A stretch of 63,583 bases of DNA, counting the filler, from Octopus bimaculoides (lineage: Eukaryota), in assembly GCF_001194135.2 (NCBI RefSeq). It is 8 parts of 8 records of this genome, joined end to end, with 100 filler letters (N's around TTAATTAATTAA, not from the genome) between each part and the next. Parts side by side here need not be neighbours in the genome. Positions count along the whole stretch, not along the records: positions 26,749 to 47,411 come from NC_068990.1; 7 more parts are not named here. One strand, given 5' to 3'. Made by a program: the position numbers and the translations under genes. Numbering within the stretch: position 1 is the first letter of the stretch; each line of letters opens with the position of its first letter. The notes under the pieces are model-generated. The model did no database searches, was not told the DNA's origin, and saw only the letters and a program-made list of their open reading frames with translations. This document shows positions 28,262 through 40,498 of the stretch, piece after piece.

Positions 28262-28552
28262 AAAGAGTTCCAACACTGTCTGTTTTTTATGTTTTATTTA
28301 TATTCCTGCAGAACTAATGTGGGGTATAGAATATGGAATATACAATATATAATATGATATACAATATACAATATAAAATAAAATAACATAAAAATGGATG
28401 GCACCATGAAAGAAAGTATTGAATGTAGATGAAATATTGAGTGTTCAATATAAAGGATCAAATATATAAATATATAAATATAAATATATATATATAAAGG
28501 CGACTCGAGTTTCAGGGCTATTTCCCTTCGTCATGGCCGGTATGACAGACTT
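28262..28552 (-). mobile_element. Repeat family A (Penelope pseudo-LTR-like), copy 2
   Basis: Homologous to 13615-13888; like copy 1, it has an assembly gap close to its left side. Confidence 0.7.
28499..28538 (-). ncRNA. Minimal type I hammerhead-like ribozyme, family A copy 2 (core CAUGACGA)
   Basis: GGC-CAUGACGA-AGGG(AAAUAG)CCCU-GAA-ACUCGAGU-C-GCC. Stem I GGC/GCC, 4-bp stem II, perfect 8-nt palindromic stem III, GUC cleavage triplet (C at 28502). Confidence 0.7.
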
Positions 28553-29084
28553 TAACAATGCACGTATTTGTGCATGTGTGTTCCATTGTGTATATATATT
28601 CATGTGTACCTTCATATATTTTGTGTGTGTATAATATACATGTCTCTCTGTGTATATATTTGACAAATATGTATGTCTGTGTGTAGTTGTATTTTTATTA
28701 TATACATGAGTATATCTTTATAGATGTAGTTATATTATTATATCACACTACATTTTATTCTATTTTTATATTTTCCCCTCTAATTAACTAGCCAATTTCG
28801 AAGTTTACTGATCATCACATAGTCTTCAATATTTTTGACTGAAGATTCCAGAAAGAATTATAAATCATCCTAATATAAAGAGTGAATTCATAATTTTCAG
28901 TTAGTTTGTGAAGTGCAGCACTCAAAACTTTTGGCTTTTCAGTTACCTAGATAATTTCAAAACCTCATAAAAAGCTTATATATACTCTTATGTAGAGTTT
29001 TATTTCTCCTGTTAACTTCTACAGGTGTAAATAAGATACCTAGAAAGAGAGGTAATTATAGAGGTGTCAAACTATTAGATCAAG

Positions 29085-29700
29085 TTATGAAAGTTAGCAA
29101 AAGAGTTATTGTGCAATTGATTAGGATGAGAATTGACACATATGCGATGCAACTTGGTTTTGTGCTAGGAAGAAATATCACTGATGCTATCTTCCTAGTG
29201 AGGAAGCTCGCATACAAGGGTTTTGAAAGGGTTCCATGCTCTGTGATCTGATGATCAATAAGGAAAGCTGAGATAGATGAATGGTTTGTGAGAGCTACAC
29301 AAGTCATGTACAGATGTGCAATCACTAAAACGAAAGTAAGTAATGAGTATAACAATGAATTCAACATGAAAATAGAGGAACATCAGAGCACAGGGCTCAG
29401 TCCTTGGTCCCTTCTGTTTATTATAGTCCTCCAAGCATTAAGAGAGGAGTTTAAAACCAGCAACCCATGGGACCTAATTCTTAAAGCAATAATGGTGAAG
29501 AGTTAGAAAAATTCAAAGTATGGAAGGAAAACCTAGAATTGAGAGGTCTATAATAAATTTAGCAAAGACTAAAGTACTGATGAGTGGGTGAGAAGACAGG
29601 ACCCTGATACCATCAAAGAAATGGCCATATTCAGTGTGAGTATTGAGAAGGTGTAGATAGGAGTTCTCTACAATGTAACCAGTGTAACTATAGAAGCACA
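29085..29700 (+). mobile_element. Decayed RTE-clade LINE, RT region
   Basis: Q.GFVLGRNITDAIFLVRKL, KAEIDEWFVRATQVMYR and LLFIIVLQALREEFKTSNPWDL match RTE RT motifs (QFGF.PGRSTTDAIF; HQGSVLSPLLFIIVL..CPWEL); internal deletions and stops. Confidence 0.8.
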
Positions 29701-30365
29701 AGAGGTGTCATGTCCTCAACAAGACAAGACTAAATATCTTAAATCTAGATTGTCTCCACTCATTTGCCAACCACATTAGAAAGTGTACTGGGTGCATTTT
29801 ATCATGGCATCAGTACTAGTGCAATAGTTTGTACCCTGCAAAAGGTATTTTACCATGGTATCAGTACTAGTGCAATACTTTGTACTGTGTAAAACATAAA
29901 AAAGAAAAGCTCCTCAGTGCTCTATGTTAACTCTGTTCATGTGAGGCAATGTGATGGATAGTGAGAAGAGAGGATAGTACCAGAGGAAGAACTATGATGA
30001 AAAAGAGAAAGAAGTGAAGGTAATAGAGGAGACATGGTGATTGGGATGACAGTGTAGAAAAGGGGTGATAATACTAGAAGGAGTAATGGAAGAGACAGCA
30101 ATGATAGGGTGCAATGAGACAATAATGGTAGGAGTAAAAGGAGAAAGAAATGGATAACCATAAAATAAGGGAGCAAAGTTGTCAACAGTAAGGAAGGAGA
30201 GCCAAGGTTAGCAATATAGAAGGGTAATACTGGTTGGTAATGATGAGTAATTGAGATGGCTACCTAAGGAAGAGGGATTGATGGCTGAGTAGGAAGTGGG
30301 TGTACTGCATCCCTTGGTTCTCTCTCTCCTACCAGTAAAGGAATAGCTGCCTATTGACAGCTATA

Positions 30366-31275
30366 CAAGTTGTTGTCAAAAGGTTCCCAGACTAATTATG
30401 CTTGATAAAAAATAACTTATTTACCTATATTTTAACATCATCTCCATCAAAATAGTCACCTTATGCAGCAATATACCAGTCCCAGAGTTCCTGCCATTTT
30501 TGGAATCTGGCCTGGAAGTCATTTTCCATAAGCAAGCCAGGACCTTCCGTGATTTGCTCTGAATCACAACAACGGTGTTAAAATGATGAGCTTTGAGTTG
30601 CATTTTCATCTTGGGGAAGAGATGGAAGTCCACAGGTGCTAAATCTGGCGAATAGGGCAGGTGCAGAAGCGATACCATGTTGTTTTTGGTGAGAAACTAA
30701 TGAGTGAGGAGAACTCGGTGACAGGGTGCAGTGTCATTATGAAGAATCCAGTTCTTCACACTCCACAGATACCAATACTTTCACTGAATGTCCTCCCTCA
30801 AATGCTTCAAAACGTCACAGTAGAACTCTCAATTGACGATCTGGTCTTGAGGAACAAATTCTTGATGCACAATACCACATTTCCAGGGGTGATGCTCAAG
30901 GCAGGTCTTCCAGAATGCTCATTGTTTTCCAGAGATGTTCTTTCGCTTTTGAAGTGCCCGTGCCACTGAAAACATTGCATATGAACCATTGCTTTGTCAC
31001 TGTAAGCATGTTCAATGTCTCTGTAGCAGACTTTCCAAGTTTAATGCAAAATTTCATGTTGGCTCTTTGTTCCTGTCCATGACAAAATCACAGACTACAG
31101 CATACACGTGATCACAAAAACACAAATTTCACAACTTGCAAAGTAAAACAAAGCGATATCACTCAGCACACTGCCTCATGAAGGTCACTGCTGTCTCTCA
31201 CTGCACACGCAACTGTGTGCTGCCATCTGTTGGTGCACTACAGAACTAGTCCAGGAACTATTTGATACCACCTCA
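30366..31275 (-). mobile_element. Internally deleted mariner (Tc1/mariner) DNA transposon
   Basis: TA flanks both ends (30364-65, 31276-77); 31-bp imperfect TIRs (21/31 by hand). N-terminal HTH EQRANMKFCIKLGKSATETL..CFQWHGHFKSERTSLENNEHSGRP; C-terminal WILHNDTAPCH..LPYSPDLAPVDFHLFPKMK. The middle of the DD34D domain is missing. Confidence 0.9.
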
Positions 31276-31899
31276 TATCTCTGTGGGTATGAGAGAGAAC
31301 CAGGGAGGGGATATATCAGATAAGAACAGTACCAATGATCCCTCAAAAAAGAAGTATAGGAAGTAGGTACTAGATGCTGGTATGAAAGTAACAGAATGTG
31401 GTGAATGGTGAAAGATGAGAGATATACTAAACACTAGCAAGTGATATGTGAGTCAGTGTGTGTATGTACATGAAATGTATGTCAATGAAAGCAGACTAGA
31501 AAGGTAATATTTGCTGATACAATAGTGATGAATATCAACAGAGAAGTAAAATGTCAACTGATAGAGAGGAAGTGTCAAGGTATCAAAGGAGTGAATCGGT
31601 TATTAATAGAACCAAAGCAGTCCCTTGTTGCACAAGCAATGCAAGAAAAAAAAAAAGAATAAGAAACATAAAAATAATGGAAGAGTTATGGTTTGGATGT
31701 AAAGAGACCTTAAGTTTCTCTCATTTGGACGGCTAGGTATGATAAATAGAGAAGGAGCAGTATACAGATGAGAGGGTATCAGAGTATATAATGGAGACTT
31801 GGCAGGTACAAAATGAAAGAGCTAGATGCAGATATATATCCCAATTTCCATTTTAACATACATTTTGTCATGTTTCCACATGCAGTCGGGTTTTTTTAG

Positions 31900-32990
31900 A
31901 CATTGCATACCACTAATCACATTTTCATCCGTCATCTTCTTCGTGGAATGCAACATCTTGAAATCAACCATCATCGTGTCATCCTAAGTTTTCTTGGTCT
32001 CCTTCTTCCACAGATCCCATTCATTTTCAGAGTTCAGCACTTCTTTATGCATCATTCATATATTTCTTCTGCATTTACCTTAAAAGGGTGAGAGCACCAG
32101 TAGTACAACATTCAAACTGCAACTCATCTAAGCTAATTCCTTTCTAACCAAGCTATAACTCATTCTCTAACTTTTATGAACTGATCCAGCAATGTCATAC
32201 TTCTGTAATTACCTTTCTCTAAGGCAATGCTGCTATACCAGCCATTGAGTATGACACCTCGTACAACTTGATTGACAGTATGGATGACTACATGACCAGA
32301 TACATTCAGCATCTCAAAAGTAATTCCTGATGGTCCTGGTTATCCCTGCATATCTTCAATTGTCTTATCTATCACACTGCATCTACTAGAATGGTCCCTC
32401 TGTTGAGTCTACTTTAGGAAGTTTCTCCTTCTCCCATGCATTCTCTACATTTAACAGTTTCCATAGTAACACTGCTATGTCCCTGTCTTTTTAAAAACAC
32501 AAAGTGCAAATGCGCCATTAGCCACCTGTAAACACATCTTGCCCACATCTTAATTCTTTCTGATACACTGCCTTGCAATTCAGAACATCTCATGCCTCTG
32601 ATTCTAATGCTGCAGAACATTGGTAAACCTCTTACTTTCTGCTTCTCTCCTTGCTAAATAAACTTGTTGCCAAAAAGCTTCTCTTCTAGTTATTTAGTAT
32701 AAATCTTTGCTGTTTCCATTCTTCCAATATCTCTAAGCCTGTCTCTTTACTGTTATTGTCCAACTATTTCACTGTTCCACTACTGTGTCATTCTAGGTCT
32801 GGCTGGAAGTTTGCCTTGCAACAGATTTAGTTTGATGCCTTCAATACGTTATGTAGGAAGTTCCAGTTGTCCTCTATGCTATACATCTCTATCACCTCCT
32901 CCTTAATGCTTCAACAAGTACTTCTCTAAATTTCTGATTATTCATTGGATCTTCAAGCTTCTATATCTTCCTTTTCCAAACAGGTGTTTC
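31900..32990 (-). mobile_element. Decayed, internally deleted RTE-clade LINE
   Basis: GPSGITFEMLNVSGH (~KAPGPSGITAEMLK) near 32300-32340 and CGRRRPRKT*DD near 31960-32020 (RTE C-terminal GRPRKTW). Confidence 0.65.
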
Positions 32991-33030
32991 TGAGTCTTAG
33001 CTGAGACCCCTGTAATTTACACTCTTAATA

Positions 33031-33239
33031 TATTAGGTTGGTGCATAATTATTGCAGCTTTTTTTTCAATAAATTTTATTCAACAATAACAATAACAACA
33101 TTTAACAAAAACATCTTTAAATGATTATTCCGGAGCAGATTCACCATCTACTTCAATTCCTGCTTGGCGTTTTGTTTAAGTTTTTTGTTGAATAAAATTT
33201 ATTGAAAAAAAACTGCAATAATTATGCACCAACCTAATA
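33031..33239. mobile_element. Mariner-derived MITE (209 bp including flanking TA)
   Basis: ~55-bp near-perfect TIRs beginning TATTAGGTTGGTGCATAATTATTGCAG, TA at both ends, no coding capacity; the terminus resembles cecropia-subfamily (Hsmar1/MADE1-type) TTAGGTTGGTGCA ends. Confidence 0.9.
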
Positions 33240-34975
33240 TTTCCATCTATTACCTTTGAAGTTAAGTTATTTCTATCACATTCATCATTAATATTCTTTA
33301 TTCATTAACCTACTTAAGTGACATTTCCAGACTTCATTCTTTTCAAAGTGTCAACACAGATAATTGACTTAATATCTTATGGGACGAAGGTGACAAGCTG
33401 GCAGAGTTGTTAGCACACTGGGCAAAATGTAGCATTTTGTCCCTCTTTAAGTTCTGAGTTCAAATTCCACCAAGGTCAACTTTGCTTGTCATCCTTTCAG
33501 GGTTGATAAAATAAGTACTAGTTGAGCACCGAAATTGCTGGTCTTGTGCCAAAATTTGAAACCAGTATCTTATGGAATGAACTTCTCTACAATATAAAGA
33601 TCCTTATGTACAGTAGAACGCTTGGAAATACTTAATATCATCTTTTACCTTGCCATAGAGTATGTGAAACCTACTTTTTGTTTTTCTACTACTTCAGTAT
33701 ATCTAAAAATTAGCTTTCAGTTTAACCTCTACATACAGTTTCTTGCAGCTACTTCCTGATTTTAGTTCCTTCCAAATTTGTCAATAATTATTTCTAGTCT
33801 TCTCTGAAGAACTATGTCCTTTAGCAATATCTACTCTTCTCAATAAGTGTTCTTTATGCAGGTCTCTCTATCCATATAAGTCTTAACTAGTACAATGTGA
33901 AAGCTGGACAACAAAAATATTTTTCAACTTGGAATTCACTAAACAGTCATCTACATAAAAGAGATTCTCCTTCACCAGAATTAGATTCAATGGGCACAAC
34001 CATTTGTCTGCTCCTTTATTAATCTGGACAGAGAAAATGTGTCTCAGAACCACTATGCTGATAAGTCACAAGAAAACTAACAGAAATATAGTACAAAATA
34101 AAAGCAAAAAAAAAGATAACATTAATAATGAAATATCAGTGCTTTTACAGAGAGGATCACTTGAACACATTTCTCATAATAAATTACTAGTGCATTAATG
34201 ACGTCTTTCCCCACTTTTATACAGTACTCTAATAAAGCACTGGCATTAAACATTAATAATGCAACAATAATTTATTAATCAAACTAGCTGCCAATAATGC
34301 ATTCATCATCATCATCATCATCGTTTAACGTCCGCTTTCCATGCTAGCATGGGTTGGACGATTTGACTGAGGACTGGTGAAACCGGATGGCAACACCAGG
34401 CTCCAGTCTGATTTGGCAGAGTTTCTACAGCTGGATGCCCTTCCTAACGCCAACCACTCAGAGAGTGTGGTGGGTGCTTTTACGTGTCACCCGCACNNNN
34501 NNNNNNNNNNNNNNNNNNNNNNNNNNNNNNNNNNNNNNNNNNNNNNNNNNNNNNNNNNNNNNNNNNNNNNNNNNNNNNNNNNNNNNNNNNNNNNNNNNNN
34601 NNNNNNNNNNNNNNNNNNNNNNNNNNNNNNNNNNNNNNNNNNNNNNNNNNNNNNNNNNNNNNNNNNNNNNNNNNNNNNNNNNNNNNNNNNNNNNNNNNNN
34701 NNNNNNNNNNNNNNNNNNNNNNNNNNNNNNNNNNNNNNNNNNNNNNNNNNNNNNNNNNNNNNNNNNNNNNNNNNNNNNNNNNNNNNNNNNNNNNNNNNNN
34801 NNNNNNNNNNNNNNNNNNNNNNNNNNNNNNNNNNNNNNNNNNNNNNNNNNNNNNNNNNNNNNNNNNNNNNNNNNNNNNNNNNNNNNNNNNNNNNNNNNNN
34901 NNNNNNNNNNNNNNNNNNNNNNNNNNNNNNNNNNNNNNNNNNNNNNNNNNNNNNNNNNNNNNNNNCCATTCTCAC

Positions 34976-35345
34976 CACATGTCCATACCAGCGCAATCGT
35001 CTCTCTTGCACACCACAACTGATGCTTCTAATGTTCAGCTTTTCTCTCAAGATACTTACACTCTGACGGGTATTCACATTGACATTACACATCCAACGGA
35101 GCATACTGGCTTCATTCCTTGCGAGCTTACATATGTCCTCAGCAGTTACAGCCCATGTTTCACTGCCATGTAGCATGGTTGTTCGTACGCATGCGTCATA
35201 CAGTCTACCTTTTACTCTGAGTGAGAGTCCCTTTGTCGCCAGCAGGGGTAAGAGCTCTCTCAACTTTACCCAGGCTATTCTTATTCTAGCAGCTACACTT
35301 TCAGCGCACCCACCCCCATTACATGTGCAAATCGGTCTACCCTGT
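34976..35345 (-). mobile_element. RTE-clade LINE ORF fragment (post-RT region), truncated by a gap
   Basis: Open frame RELLPLLATKGLSLRVKGRLYDACVRTTMLHGSETWAVT..ARNEASMLRWMC..QERRLRWYGHVVRM, a typical RTE C-terminal signature. Confidence 0.9.
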
Positions 35346-35879
35346 TTACTTAAGCCCTTAGTAATAGAGTTTTAAGTTCTAAGCATTATAGATATTTCCA
35401 CAGTGCAGTGTACCATTTTTCATATGTACAGCAATAAGAACTTTTTCTCTGGATTGCATAATTACATTCTTAATGTGTTTCTTGTTAACACATTTGTGTA
35501 TGGGTATGTGTGTGTGTATTCTTCATCATGTTTACATTCATTTTATCCATGCTTACATGGATTGGATGAAACTTCAGGCAGTATTCTTTGGCTTGATTCT
35601 CTTTGTGATGCCAACTGAAGATTGTGTTTATAACATCTCGGTTTCCAAGTGGTCACCTCCTCTAAGCACAAACTAAGCTCAATGTTGCTTAGCTTTTGTG
35701 ATCAAATGAGAACTTCTACTTTCAAGGTAATATGATGAAACTAATGTGTATGTTTACAAACATACACATAGAGTCCAATTCTTTAAGAGGAAAAAAAAAA
35801 CAGATCTTATTAGTGCAGGTGGCACGTAAAATACACCNNNNNNNNNNTTCTTTAAGAGGAAAAAAAAAACAGATCTTAT

Positions 35880-36131
35880 TAGTGCAGGTGGCACGTAAAA
35901 TACACCATTTCGAGCGTGGCCGTTACCAGTACCCGCTTGATTGGCCCTCGTGTCGGTGGCACGTAAAAGCACCCACTACACTCTCGGAGTGGTTGGCGTT
36001 AGGAAGGGCATCCAGCTGTAGAAACTCTGTCAAATCAGATTGGAGCCTGGTGTCACCTCCTGGTCCACCAGTTCTCAGTCAAATCGTCCAACCCATGCTA
36101 GCATGGAAAGCGGACGTTAAACGACGATGAT
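35880..36131 (+). mobile_element. SINE-like family 3 with (GAT)n tail
   Basis: GGTGGCACGTAAAAGCACCCACTACACTCTCGGAGTGGTTGGCGTTAGGAAGGGCATCCAGCTGTAGAAAC..CATGCTAGCATGGAAAGCGGACGTTAAACGACGATGAT. Other copies at ~19820-19950(+), 34310-34496(-), 39255-39440(-), 47243-47340(-). Confidence 0.8.
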
Positions 36132-38106
36132 ACCAGCGTCAAAAATTGAAAACTCTCCAATTTTCAGAATTCTCCTAACAAAATGTCCCAAGAACTCATT
36201 TCGAAAGTTGATGGAATTTCTACGTAAAATCTTTACCTGTTAAATGTAACAGCCAAATGCCCTTTAATTAACTCCTTATTGACACAGAAATTGAGACCAG
36301 AGGTTTTAAAGCCAAAATCGAAAGATGACACAGACCTTAATATGAACAGCCTCAAATAGCAGTGATCAAACACTGAAGTTTGACTCGTACAGGTGCAGAC
36401 CTGAGTAGTTGAATTTATGGGTTGCTTCATACCATTCAATAATAACACTGTGCAATAAGTCTGCTTATATCAGGGCTGATTTATTTAACAACAAGAATCT
36501 GAATCTTCAGATTCTAGACATTACCAGAACAGCAATGAGATTATTTGGCTTTCTCTTCAGTGCTAACAAATATTCCAGCTCACGGCAGCTGTTGACAAGG
36601 TCTCCCTTCTGTCATGGAGTTTACAGTGTTTGTATCTAGAATGATGTACTTATTTTGATCATTCACTGAAAATCTCTAAGGCTGCTCTGAAGAAAAACAT
36701 TCGCTTCATCAACAAGTTCTCACTGAAAATTCTTAATCTCTGGTTCCTCATCTTGAGGCATTTCACTTCTGATAAGAATTCTACTTCAAAACAAAAATTT
36801 GATTTGGGTGACCATTCACAAGTAAATATTTTTGTAACGTCCAGCTTCACACTATATCTTCGTCCTTACGAGCACATTAACAGCACCAGTCTCACACATC
36901 ATCACTTGGATGACCATACAAGTCTTCAAAGAAAGATAAATTCCGGTGTAATATCAGAAACAACTCTCAGGTTGTTTAGCCTGTGTATTAACGCTTTAGT
37001 TTAACCTGTATTATTACCCATGTAAACGACATAACCTATTTGTGTATATGGAATAAGTGTACGTATTGATTATTTTTTTAATCCACTACATGCAAGATGT
37101 GAGTGTGTGTTATGGATGTCATTCTGCATGTTAGGAAAGGCATGAACGACGCGCCTACCCAGCTACTGTCCCCATAAAACTGAACTTGATACTCAAGAAA
37201 TAAAGTCCTTATAATTAGTTAACTACCGTATTAATTAAATACACAAATAAATATAAACTTACACGGAATCTGTTTTAAATATATATATATATANNNNNNN
37301 NNNNNNNNNNNNNNNNNNNNNNNNNNNNNNNNNNNNNNNNNNNNNNNNNNNNNNNNNNNNNNNNNNNNNNNNNNNNNNNNNNNNNNNNNNNNNNNNNNNN
37401 NNNNNNNNNNNNNNNNNNNNNNNNNNNNNNNNNNNNNNNNNNNNNNNNNNNNNNNNNNNNNNNNNNNNNNNNNNNGTAATCAATCAATCAAATGAAAACT
37501 TGTTCGAAAGAGGACACTGACATATCAATGAGCAAACAGGGGAGATAGGTAATAAGAATCTACATCAAATTTAACAGATCGGAAGCCAAAGAAACAGAAA
37601 GATGTCTTCCATAATAAAAATAGTAAAATATCGTGCGTTTTCAAAAGAAGTTAAATCAGCTTTTCCTAATGACAACGAATAATCCATTTCTACATTTCCG
37701 TCTCAATCGAGTTCGATTTTCATTTTCTGCGAGCAACAAATACGTGTCTGTATGTGCGTATGGGTCGCTGACAGCACTCGTATTTACTGTATTTTATTTC
37801 ATTTATATCATTTATATCATGGGTTTCTGGGATATAAACATCCATTATACATTTATGTACTTCTGTATGTGAGTGTCTCACTCAATTTATGATTTTCATA
37901 GAAAATCTTCAGAAGCACAATAAGAAACAGTAGCTTCAAAAGCAACACATACAGGACGAAACAAAAAAAAACTTAAAACACCACCTACGCAAGCATCCAT
38001 AGGAAAAGTCATCGATTCTCTTTCACATGAATACAACTACCAAAAATCATAACACAATTTCATAAAAACGATCTGAAATAGTAAATTTTTATAATCAAAA
38101 CCTTAC

Positions 38107-38560
38107 CATGTGGATTTGACAGCGTAAAGTTAGTGGTCCAATGTTGTGCAAATCGGTCCATAATACATAACCTTAATCAACAAACGGGTCATATCAAGGA
38201 TGTTTTTCCTTTCTACTTCTCTTCACATAAAAAACAACGAAGCTATACACTATTAACAATAGTAACACAGTACATCACCATTATAAATGTCTTCTTCAAA
38301 TAACGTGTTGTGTATCGTTATCTGCTGTTATACTTTCTCATTTACTTTCTCCCTTTCTCTTTCTCTCGTTCGGTCATGGAGAGTTAGGAGTTATTTAATA
38401 ACGGTTGTCTCCCTTGTTATTATTTTTATTTTTATTTTGTTCAGACTCCAGTCGTTCCATCATCGTTCATCTTGACCTCGTTGTGTCATTGAAGATGAGC
38501 CAGCGCTGTTCTCACCTTTGTGCATTATTAAAATATTTTTTTTTTAATCTATCAAATTTT
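38107..38560 (-). other. Candidate first exon of a minus-strand transcript (5' boundary approximate)
   Basis: Strong donor CATG|GTAAGG at 38107/38106. Possible coding start MDRFAQHWTTNFTLSNPH (38161-38107, phase 1), or an ATG directly at the exon end. CpG-enriched unique sequence upstream (~38640-38730). No downstream exon identified. Confidence 0.3.
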
Positions 38561-39519
38561 TAGCTTCATTTGTCAACAAAACAATATTTTTTTTTAAAAT
38601 TAAAAGTCATATATATAATCAAATATAGAAAATTGAAGTGACGAGCGAATTATCGGTAACGCGAGCTTAAACGTTCGTCAATTTAATTAATTAATCATTC
38701 AACGTGTTCGGTTGAACACTCGTCTGGATTTTGTAAGAAATATTAAAATGATTATGTAACTATCAATCTCTCTCCCTCCCTCCCTCTTTCTCTCGTGTTC
38801 ACACGCACGCTTAAATGTGTGTATGTGTGTACAAATCATACGTGCATATATAACTAGATCCATTAAAATATTTTTAAAGTTGGACAGCTACTTAGGTCAT
38901 ACTTCCATAGACATTCAAACACTCCCTTTTTCCTTGCTGTACATATCATTCTCACTTCCAGAGATTGATTAAGATTTTATAGGCCACTGCACTACAAATA
39001 CCATGAGGCTCCCTAGTAATGTTTCCGATTTTCAATATTAATCACCAGAGGCCCTACTGCTGGTGAAGGCCCACTGCTTGTGGAGACCCCTGTGCTGCAT
39101 CCTCTAAAAACTGTTCTTCAAACCCAGAAGTTTGCTTAGTTCCTGGTTCAGTCCCACTGTATCTCACTTTGGGCAAGTGTCTTCTACTATAGCCTGAGGC
39201 TGATTAAAGCCTTGTAAGTGGATTTGATAGACAAAAACTGAAAGAAGCCTCATCACTATCATCATTTAACGTCTGTTTTCTATGTTGGCATGGATTGTGT
39301 GGCCTGACAGGAGCTGCCCAGGCCCCATGTCTGTTTTGGCATGGTTTCTATGGCTGGATGCCCTTCTTAACACCAGCTACTTTACAGAGTGTACTGGGTG
39401 TTTTTACGCAGCACCAGCATAGGTGCATTTACGTGGCACTGGTATGGGTGGTTTTTATGTGGCACCAGCACCTACAAGCCCACAGCATTAGGAATGCTCA
39501 GCTGAAGAGGGATGCAGAG

Positions 39520-39840
39520 GACAAGCCTGTAAGCAAGGATGACCATGGTTTTACTTAGCTTGGCATGTTTTCTCAAGCACAACAAACCACCAGGAGTCTT
39601 GATCCCTTGTCATCCCCTCTGTCTACATGTTCCCTCTACAGTTAGAGATCAGCTCTTCTTGATGCAATTGTCTTCATTTATACGCATTAAATGACTATAC
39701 CAGCACAGTCTTCTCTTTTGCACGCAACATCGGATGCCTTGTATACCCAGTTTATTCTCTCAAATCCCTTACACTTTGTTGTATATGCACACTGACATTA
39801 CCCATCCAGCAGAGCATACTGGCTTCATTTCTTTCATATA
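39520..39840 (-). mobile_element. Decayed RTE LINE 3' region
   Basis: Resembles the reverse complement of the 34976-35130 RTE segment (GAGCATACTGGCTTCATT shared) and continues into 3' UTR-like sequence. Confidence 0.6.
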
Positions 39841-40197
39841 TACATGTGGGTGGAGTTAATGTGTGTGTATTTGCGTGTGTCTCTGTTAATCCTCCACCAC
39901 CGCTTGACAACTGGTGTTGGTGTGTTTATGTCCCTTAACTTAGTGATTCAGCAAAAGAGACCAATAGAACAAGTACTAGGCTTTAAAAAAGTACTGGGTC
40001 GATTTGTTTAACTAAAATTCTTCAAGGTGGTTTCCCAGCATGGCTGCTGTCTAATGACTAAAACAAGTAAAAAAAAATTTATAAAAACAAAAAATACTAT
40101 AAAGATGAAAGTCACAATTGTATGTTTAAAACATTTTTATTTCAGTGACCTGCATTGTATACGACAATGTCTAATAAAAACGCTACAAACAAAAAAC

Positions 40198-40498
40198 ATG
40201 AAGTAGTTGTATGCTGTCAACTTAATGTGACAGTCCCCTGAAGGGAATAATACTACTGTTGGTTAGACCTAGGAATCTGCACCACTTCCTGTCGGCCTTG
40301 ACACATTTCCTGTGTCCTTATGTTTACAAGGGGGAGACAAGCACCTCCACCCAGCTTGTCTTCCCCTTGTAAACATAAGGACATGGGAAATGTGTCAAGG
40401 CCGACAGGAAGGGGTGCAGATTCCTAGGTCTAACCAACAGTAGTATTATTCCCTTCAGGGGACTGTCACATTAAGTTGACAACATACAACTACTTCAT
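40198..40498. repeat. Near-perfect 301-bp palindrome (145-bp arms, 11-nt loop)
   Basis: Arm 40198-40342 is the reverse complement of 40354-40498 with 5 substitutions counted by hand; loop ACCTCCACCCA. Confidence 0.95.

Noticed and set aside
36237-37005. Unique-looking segment bounded by minus-strand acceptor/donor-like sites; short TIR-domain-like peptide NSCRELEYLLALKRK
   Set aside because: Stops in all frames, and the peptide lies between two stops without a good acceptor.
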